Positions 58,101 to 64,000 of a DNA stretch of 64,000 bases are shown in pieces. Origin of the DNA: Spirochaetia bacterium (GTDB lineage Bacteria > Spirochaetota > Spirochaetia > UBA9216); NCBI GenBank assembly GCA_965140585.1, contig OZ223267.1:96001-160000 (forward strand), written 5' to 3'. The notes below the pieces were generated by a model. That model had not been told where the DNA came from. It ran no database searches and saw only the letters and a list, made by a program, of their open reading frames with translations. Each line of letters starts with the position of its first letter. Positions within the stretch are counted from its first letter, which is position 1. The position numbers were made by a program, and so were the translations under genes.

Positions 58101-59766
58101 CGGGGACCCCGAAGCCGAGGATGCCATCAACCAGATTCAGGAAGAACTGCGCAAGCTTGATACTGAATTAAATGCAAGGCTGTATGAGATTGGTAATATC
58201 GTTTCAAGTTATCCGAAGTACAATGCTGAAGAACTTGATCCGCTGATTACTAACTATATCTTCTATAAACCCGTTGTCTACAGAGTAACCGGGGATGATG
58301 TTTATTACCGCGGTCTTGTCAGACTCGGTATCTCAACAGAAGGAATAATCGGAAAAATCAAGGAATCAAGAGATCAGCTTATACTCATAATCAGTATAAT
58401 TGCCGCTGCTGCCATTGTAATCGGAATCCTAGGAGCCCTGGGACTAGCTGCAATTATCATTAAGCCGATTAATCAGCTCGTACGCGGCGTTGAACTGATT
58501 CGTGATACAGAGGATAAGGAAGAATTAAAATCACATTTGATCAAGATAAAAACAGGCGATGAACTTTCAGTTCTGGCTGATACAGTGAACCAGATGACGG
58601 CCGGCCTTGTAAAAGCCGCCGCGGCTAGTAAAGAGCTGAGCATCGGTAAGGATACGCAGAAACAGTTTATTCCTCTGGATAAAGACAGCAAAGGCAATCC
58701 GATGACTACCGGCCGGGAGGATAACAATGATATCTCCTTCTACGGATACTATGAAGGAGCAAAGGGTGTATCCGGAGACTATTTTTATTATCAGAAGATA
58801 GATGAAGTTCATTATGCCGCAATCAAATGTGACATAGCCGGTAAGGGTGTTCCTGCCTCCCTGATTATGGTTGAGGTGGCAACCCTGTTTCTGAATTTCT
58901 TCCGTGAAAACAAGGTTAAACGCGATATGCGCGGAAAGCCGGTACCACCCGATATTTCGGCACTTACATACAGTATAAACACGATGCTTGAAGAACGCGG
59001 TTTTAAGGGTCGTTTTGCCGCTTTCACAATGCTGATAGTCAATTCGGTAACCGGAGAGATGAAAATCTGTAATGCCGGTGATACGACCCTTCATTACTAC
59101 GATGCTCAGCAGCGGAAAATGGTGGTTAAGGATCTGCCTAGATCTCCCGCTGCCGGAGCTTTTCCTTCAGATATGGTTGAGATGGGGGTCGGCTTTGTTA
59201 CTGTTAACCATACGCTGAAAAAGGGAGATGTCCTTGTTCTTTTTACTGACGGTATCGAGGAATCAAAGAGCTATTTCAGGGATGCGGATTTCAATATCAG
59301 GCTTTGTGACTATCAGGGTGAGGAAGGGGAGACTTTCCATGATGACAATCATAAGATCGGTTCAGATAACGAGGAATTCGGTGTTCCAAGAATTCATGAT
59401 ATGCTTAATGCTATGAAATCCGGAGGGAAATTCAGTCTTTCGCATTACCACAACGATCCTATGGAAAATCAGACGCTTGATTTTGATTTTAATGACTGTG
59501 AAGATACTCTTGAGAATCTTGTAATTGCAGGAATTTCAGTTGAGAAAGTTTTCAGACTCATTCCGGATCCGGCAGCCGGACCGGAAGATAAGGTTAAAGT
59601 AGACATTAAAGTGGATGAGTTTCTTAAAAAACACTTTATTCAGTATTCAAAGTACTACAAGCATCGTCTTCCGGGTAAAGAAGATGATCAGTATGTTGTA
59701 TACAGTCATATGAAAGAGGAAGATCAGTACGATGACCTGACGGTACTCTGTATAGAAAAAAAATAG
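55153..59766 (+). CDS. Membrane sensor phosphatase: Asp-box propeller + FN3 + 3 TM + HAMP + SpoIIE/PP2C
   Basis: Asp boxes STDGLEW, SSDSGNSF, SDNSGRTW, SDDGGHSW; FN3-like P.DSSGIAGYS...DG.W.F.V.A.D.AGNWS (x2); HAMP IIKPI..L...DEL..LA..VNQM; PP2C VSGDYF, CDIAGKG, NAGD, FTDG, DDLT. Confidence 0.9.
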   Translation: MMYSGRLRKIIFLLIIFMSSAAAASAQDFYWEQQEVLVDNAAYFSRSAAGTNLMAAVWQDRIRETENGAEYGLSIITSTDGLEWKTSKRFLGPFSYTGKENFFFSLAVNKQDIIYLAVSNDDNSISLYQSSDSGNSFTENFRSDPFPVKTSPRLSLRSDGGMILFVTQESNVDEFGSLGIYYSVSDNSGRTWSEFSQLAPEAELKGNFLPSHTSYMGREYVAFQAFHLGTTSTFQLYLKYSDDGGHSWSDAVYISGFEDDNDLYDGDPYVFDNQRPFLLGNTSGIYLAWERGYAGNNPQIYFAELNRNGSVTGFPEQVSGGIAECRNPRMSYYRGMLTLIWFDNRAGDYHNIIARRDGAFWSTNDLNYITAGSSVFGNLLVRQDDLFIMWENTLSERTRLVLLSPDKTVSAPVLRAADFRASTPAKQDSFTVRWNTPSDSSGIAGYSWIYDRDENSKPRESLMMLDRNRSITVDADDDGSWFFHVIAQDYAGNWSDTATIEIVRDTTPPGTVTFNEPEKDERDTLLSNTLSLDWEPPPEEDVAGYSYTLQALSGWTYSGDLDVFRLRTPSGTVQTSGTSYSFRNIDNGLWALNVRAIDNVGNAGEANTLYFRLNKYIPVTYITSINSRKDELGTLTLEITGRGFSVGGLIEEVILDTDGAEPYDYVFTKDTDLYNVVDDRFIRGPLLEDILAGTYRVGLIHPERGLYFTRTGITLESSGTVKFGDFSVIPVPQWQIVEQKRFNIPFNYLLMAVVLILLVFLFVFTLQRAFALAAEGRTLHRQAVALIEGQLLSEEEKQERIAQMAKMRMGLRFKFALWVTLLVLLIVGMVAVPVAVVTSDNQRQILATGLEERAEVLLESITSGARTFLPSDNILELNNLPSQMSAMGKDAVSVTITGHGDSAAEGYQPDKFDYIWVTNDDSLPEEVRGTTGTYLMADEIASITDELSASVNEQAASRVGLIVDEIQLLNDQVEPLVDQFISTGDPEAEDAINQIQEELRKLDTELNARLYEIGNIVSSYPKYNAEELDPLITNYIFYKPVVYRVTGDDVYYRGLVRLGISTEGIIGKIKESRDQLILIISIIAAAAIVIGILGALGLAAIIIKPINQLVRGVELIRDTEDKEELKSHLIKIKTGDELSVLADTVNQMTAGLVKAAAASKELSIGKDTQKQFIPLDKDSKGNPMTTGREDNNDISFYGYYEGAKGVSGDYFYYQKIDEVHYAAIKCDIAGKGVPASLIMVEVATLFLNFFRENKVKRDMRGKPVPPDISALTYSINTMLEERGFKGRFAAFTMLIVNSVTGEMKICNAGDTTLHYYDAQQRKMVVKDLPRSPAAGAFPSDMVEMGVGFVTVNHTLKKGDVLVLFTDGIEESKSYFRDADFNIRLCDYQGEEGETFHDDNHKIGSDNEEFGVPRIHDMLNAMKSGGKFSLSHYHNDPMENQTLDFDFNDCEDTLENLVIAGISVEKVFRLIPDPAAGPEDKVKVDIKVDEFLKKHFIQYSKYYKHRLPGKEDDQYVVYSHMKEEDQYDDLTVLCIEKK

Positions 59767-59775
59767 GATTATAAA

Positions 59776-60096
59776 ATGCAGCGTTTTTTCTGCGATAACT
59801 GCGGAACACTCGTAAACAAGAATGCCTCACGATGCCCGGGCTGCGGCCGTTTCTTCAGCCTTGTTAAATGCCCGATGTGCGGTTATGCAGACCGCCCGGC
59901 ATTTTTTACAAACGGCTGTCCGGTCTGCGGTTATGCTGAAGAGAAGGGTGAGGCTGAGTTCCGTTTTACGGGGCAGACACCGGAAGATAAAAAAAAGCAG
60001 CACAGGCATCTTCCCGCAGCCTTCTACAAAATCATCATCCCGATACTATCAGTGATTCTGGTCGGACTCGTTATCGCTCTGATAATGCTAATTTAA
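59776..60096 (+). CDS. Double Zn-ribbon protein with a C-terminal TM anchor
   Basis: CDNC, CPGC, CPMC, CPVC, followed by a hydrophobic C-terminus. Confidence 0.8.
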   Translation: MQRFFCDNCGTLVNKNASRCPGCGRFFSLVKCPMCGYADRPAFFTNGCPVCGYAEEKGEAEFRFTGQTPEDKKKQHRHLPAAFYKIIIPILSVILVGLVIALIMLI

Positions 60097-60726
60097 GTCC
60101 AGTACCGCCCAGACAGGGTCTTCGGGCGGTTCACAGAAGAACTCCTTTTTCCCGCCGCCGAAGGGCAGGCTGAACGACAGAAACCATGAATGAAGATGTA
60201 TGCCTCCGCCCCGGTTTGTACGCCGAGCTCCATATTTGATATCGCCTTTTATGTGCATTCCTTCTGCGGCCAGCTGGGAGCGTATCTGATGTTTTCTTCC
60301 GGTAAGCAGGTTAATTTCAAGGATTGAATATTTCTCAGTCGCACACTTGAACCTGTATTCAAGCTCTGCCTTTTTTGTGCCTTCTGCCGGAACTTTAAGC
60401 GCACTGACCTTGTTACCTCTTCCCTCACGGATGTAGTGTACAAATCTGCCTGATTCCGGCGTTGGAGGCGAGTCTACAGCACATAAATATTTCTTTATGA
60501 TTACACCGGAAGAAAGCTGCCTTCCAAGTTCAGCGGCAGTCTGTCTGTTCCTTGCCAGAAGCATCAGACCAGATGCTGGAGTATCAAGCCTGTTTACCGG
60601 ATGAAGCTCCCCGAATTCATTTTCCAGAACACTTAAAACCGAGGGTTCTTCCTTTTTACCCTGCTGCGACATCAGACCGCAGGGCTTGTTTACAACAACG
60701 ACATTATTATCAGAATAAATTACCAT
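60088..60726 (-). CDS. RluA-family pseudouridine synthase
   Basis: VVNKP.GL, NRLD..ASGL (catalytic Asp), TGRKHQIR.QL, GD.KYG, LHS; start moved to ATG 60726. Confidence 0.93.
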   Translation of the reverse strand: MVIYSDNNVVVVNKPCGLMSQQGKKEEPSVLSVLENEFGELHPVNRLDTPASGLMLLARNRQTAAELGRQLSSGVIIKKYLCAVDSPPTPESGRFVHYIREGRGNKVSALKVPAEGTKKAELEYRFKCATEKYSILEINLLTGRKHQIRSQLAAEGMHIKGDIKYGARRTNRGGGIHLHSWFLSFSLPFGGGKKEFFCEPPEDPVWAVLDLN

Positions 60727-60825
60727 TAGGTTAATTTTCTGTTTAACAGCGGCTTTGTCAAGCACAAAGATTTGCAAAACATCAAAACTGAGCGTACAAT
60801 AAAACAATTCTCAAAAGGGGGATTT

Positions 60826-61944
60826 ATGAAAAAATCAATCCGTTTGTCCGTTCTGCTTTTAATCTTATCGTCAGTACAAGTATTTGCCGGTGATTTCAGC
60901 TTCGTTTTTGAAGACGCCAGATTTCATTCTTCATACTGGGGCGGTCTCGCTCCTTTTTATGTTCGTGCAGGCGCGGGGTACACTGGCCTCAGCCTTATTG
61001 ACGGTCAGCAGACTGAAATAGTTATGGTAGGAGGCGGTGCGATTACGAGCAATAACCTCTGGACTGACGCTGATGGACTCCCCCTTGTAAAGGCTATATC
61101 CAATTCTGACCTGACCACCAATATGTACAGCCGCTGGCAGTGGGATCTTGGTCTAGGACTTATTCAGGGGCTGTTTGCCGATCCACAAAGGGCAAATCCG
61201 GTTTTAAGTGTATATGCCAGGTATGATTTGCATAATGATAATCCCGCAGGCGATGATTTTATCTCAATACTGGAATCCAGCACAAATGAGTCTGCCTATC
61301 CTGATCAGGGCGGTGTTCTTACAAACACGCTGAAATTCGGGGTTGAGTTCAACAGACTGACAAAAGGTGATATTAACAGCGGCTATGGTGCCGAACTATG
61401 GACAGTAGTTGCCCCTTCATGGATGGGCAATGAAGTTTTAGGTGAAAGTAATTTCTACAATATTGCCTTTGAGGCAAAAGCCTTTTATCCGCTGCTTGAT
61501 ATTAAAATGAAGAATTCAGAAAAGCAGCTTGTTGGAATCTATGCAGGCGACCGTCTCCGTGCAGACTGGCTTGACGGCACAGCCATCCCCGAGTATTTCC
61601 AGGAGCCGACTACCCTGGGCGGTAAAATGAGAGGCTTTGAATGGAATTCCATGGGAACTCAGTTCACAATTGTCAATAACTTTGACATCAGGGTCTATGG
61701 AATCGAGTTCATTGACAACACTAATCCGGTATTCAACGTATTTTTTGATATGGGTTATTTTGCTGGAAACTATTACAACACATCTGTCTCAGATTCAGGT
61801 TTTGTAAGTTCAACAGGCTTCGAAGCTGCACTTAATATTATCGATTTTGCCCAGGTGGGCTTCTGTTTTGCCTTCCCGCTCACCGGTGAAAATATGCGCC
61901 TGCAGGATATGACGACAGATATTATGTTTATGTATAAGTTTTAA
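60826..61944 (+). CDS. Outer-membrane beta-barrel, Omp85/BamA-barrel-like, no obvious POTRA domain
   Basis: Signal peptide, amphipathic strands, LGG.MRGF loop motif, FFDMG, terminal Phe; promoter TTGCAA-17-TACAAT at 60772-60800. Confidence 0.65.
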   Translation: MKKSIRLSVLLLILSSVQVFAGDFSFVFEDARFHSSYWGGLAPFYVRAGAGYTGLSLIDGQQTEIVMVGGGAITSNNLWTDADGLPLVKAISNSDLTTNMYSRWQWDLGLGLIQGLFADPQRANPVLSVYARYDLHNDNPAGDDFISILESSTNESAYPDQGGVLTNTLKFGVEFNRLTKGDINSGYGAELWTVVAPSWMGNEVLGESNFYNIAFEAKAFYPLLDIKMKNSEKQLVGIYAGDRLRADWLDGTAIPEYFQEPTTLGGKMRGFEWNSMGTQFTIVNNFDIRVYGIEFIDNTNPVFNVFFDMGYFAGNYYNTSVSDSGFVSSTGFEAALNIIDFAQVGFCFAFPLTGENMRLQDMTTDIMFMYKF

Positions 61945-61958
61945 TACTGAAATCTTAT

Positions 61959-61988
61959 AAAAAAGGGGATTCCATTGTAGAATCCCCT
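61959..61988 (-). terminator. Rho-independent terminator of fadD
   Basis: AGGGGATTC-7-GAATCCCCT with an A-run on the left. Confidence 0.8.
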
Positions 61989-62016
61989 GCTATTATAATT
62001 CCTTTATCCGGAATAT

Positions 62017-63921
62017 TTACCGGAAGAGTTCCTTAATTTCATTCTTATAAATCTTCTCAACAACATTTCTTCTGATTTTTAGTGAGTGGGTAAGCTCTAC
62101 TCCGACCTCGAAGTCCTTCGGCAGTACCTTGAAACGGAATATTCTTTCAAAGGCTTTAAATCCGTTTTTAGCACTTACCAGGGTGTGAACTTCATTCTGA
62201 ATCAGCTCAATGATGAAGGGGTTACTAACAAGTTCTTCTTTTTCAAGATAAGTAATTGCTTTTTCAATGGCCAGCTGTTCAAGAGCTTCAAGCTCGGGAA
62301 TGATAAGTGCTGCAAGAAATTTCTGATCCTGACCTACAACCATGGCCCTTGCAATGTAGGGTGACTGAGCCAGTTTATCTTCAATAGGAAGAGGTTCAAC
62401 ATTCTCTCCGCCGCGCAGAACTATTGTCTCTTTGGAGCGGCCCAGAATCTTGAATTCTCCTGTGTGGGTAAAGACGGCAATATCGCCTGTATTAAGCCAG
62501 CCGTTTCGAAGAACCTCAGCGGTTTTTTCAGGCTCCTTATAATATCCAAGCATTACCTGTTCACTCTTTACATGAAGCTCACCCTTGTAACCAACGGGCA
62601 TTATTGCGCCGTCCTTATTGATTACCCTGTATTCAATATCGGCCAGAAGCGGACCTACGGTATTTGGTATTGGTTTACTGTCCTTTCGAACTGCAAGTAT
62701 AGGGGCTGTCTCTGTCAGGCCGTAGCCTTCGAGAACCGATATACCGACAGTTCTGAAGAATTTATCAATGTATGATGGCAGTGCTCCGCCTCCCGAGATT
62801 CCGGCCTTAAAACGGCCTCCGAGTTTCTGTTTCAGTTTACCGAATACGAGTACGTTTCCCAGCAGTTTGAAAGGGGTAAGCAGGGCAAGCGGTATCACAC
62901 TCACCGCGATATCTACAAATCTGCTGCGTTTGGAAAACTGAGGCAGCATGCCCGAAAACATATCGTAAAGATATGTATGAATCTCTCCCACACTGAGAAA
63001 GAAAAAGAACAGTGCCTTTTTAGTAGGGCTTCCGGAATTGATATTTCTCATAACGGCACTATGAACACTCTCCCAGATTCTGGGGACAGATGTAAGCCAG
63101 TGCGGTTTCACCTTCTGCATATCAGGCATCATCACCGCACCTACTGGTTTAGAGAAGGCCGTAGCCAGTCCGAGAAAGACGCAGATGTACATGCATGCTC
63201 TTTCGAATGAATGCCAGATAGGAAGTACGGACAGCATTACTTCACCTGGAAGAAGAGCAAGGTGGGGTCTTATTCTGTCAATCTGAAACAGGAAGGCCTT
63301 ATGGGTCAGCATTACGCCTTTCGGGTTTCCTGTAGTTCCGGAAGTATAAATAATTGTCGCCATGTCTTCACAGCTTCCAATTTCCACTTCTTTTTCAAAA
63401 AACTCGGGATTCTGTCCATAGGCTTCTGTTCCGATTTTTACGATATCATCGAATGAAAGAATTTCTATCTTTTCGTTTTTCCTGAGTTTTTCTGTGCCGT
63501 CTGTATCAAAAAGAATTATTTTCTTTAAAACCGGGAGGTCTTCGGCCTTCGACAGTATTTTTTCGGCCTGAGATGCATTTTCTGCGAAGCTGATCTCGCA
63601 TTCAGCATGACCGAGGATATAACCTATTTCGTCAGCTGTAGAATCACAGCCTCTGGGAACATCCACCGCACCAAGCCCGGCAACACCGAAATCGGTCATT
63701 ATCCATTCTTTTCTGTTTTCAGAAATTATTCCGACATGATCCCCGCGTTTTACCCCGACAGCATTGAGTCCCGCTCCGTATATTTTAAGAGCTTCCCAGA
63801 ACTCGCGGTATGTCATGGGCTGAAATTCCCTGTTGGCATCTTTAATTAGAAAAATATTTAGATCAGCATATTTTGCAGATACAATTTTCAGTCTCTGGGC
63901 CAGTGTATCCTTACTAATCAA
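62017..63921 (-). CDS. fadD: Long-chain fatty-acid--CoA ligase
   Basis: IIYTSGTTGNPKGVML.H, SGGG, EGYGLTET, GWLNTGD, GRSKE.IV..GGENVEP. Confidence 0.93.
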   Translation of the reverse strand: MISKDTLAQRLKIVSAKYADLNIFLIKDANREFQPMTYREFWEALKIYGAGLNAVGVKRGDHVGIISENRKEWIMTDFGVAGLGAVDVPRGCDSTADEIGYILGHAECEISFAENASQAEKILSKAEDLPVLKKIILFDTDGTEKLRKNEKIEILSFDDIVKIGTEAYGQNPEFFEKEVEIGSCEDMATIIYTSGTTGNPKGVMLTHKAFLFQIDRIRPHLALLPGEVMLSVLPIWHSFERACMYICVFLGLATAFSKPVGAVMMPDMQKVKPHWLTSVPRIWESVHSAVMRNINSGSPTKKALFFFFLSVGEIHTYLYDMFSGMLPQFSKRSRFVDIAVSVIPLALLTPFKLLGNVLVFGKLKQKLGGRFKAGISGGGALPSYIDKFFRTVGISVLEGYGLTETAPILAVRKDSKPIPNTVGPLLADIEYRVINKDGAIMPVGYKGELHVKSEQVMLGYYKEPEKTAEVLRNGWLNTGDIAVFTHTGEFKILGRSKETIVLRGGENVEPLPIEDKLAQSPYIARAMVVGQDQKFLAALIIPELEALEQLAIEKAITYLEKEELVSNPFIIELIQNEVHTLVSAKNGFKAFERIFRFKVLPKDFEVGVELTHSLKIRRNVVEKIYKNEIKELFR

Positions 63922-64000
63922 ATTAGTCCTCCGGTTAAAAATGTATCTTTTAAGAATAACAGAACTGGGTCCGGTTGTCTATTTGAATCAAAGTTTTTCA

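Overview
A 64-kb bacterial chromosomal window, almost certainly from an anaerobic spirochaete (Spirochaetaceae-like). The taxonomic evidence is a UPF0164 protein, spirochaete-style 'FAGG..E/FSGG..E' signal peptides, many lipoboxes and Treponema-like hypothetical proteins. 1-2.7 kb holds a polar amino-acid ABC transporter. 2.9-16.9 kb is an accessory block: repeat-rich surface lipoproteins (InlB-B-repeat, DUF285/BspA-like, beta-helix), lipoprotein hydrolases, two damaged genes, and a TetR-thiolase-DUF35 unit with two visible operators. Next come typA, a PspA-like/SPFH/TerB/Zn-ribbon operon, an RRM protein and a Vor-type 2-oxoacid:ferredoxin oxidoreductase operon. Housekeeping genes follow (trmL, thiI, iscS, aroB, nudC, hrpA). 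The right part holds an ECF-like sigma gene behind a sigma54-type promoter, trpR, an orphan dnaE2 with a LexA-like box, a UPF0164 barrel/TPR-like scaffold/propeller-HAMP-PP2C module, a RluA-family gene, a POTRA-less Omp85-like barrel and fadD. No rRNA, tRNA, CRISPR array, transposase or integrase was seen. All family assignments come from motif recognition by eye, not database searches.
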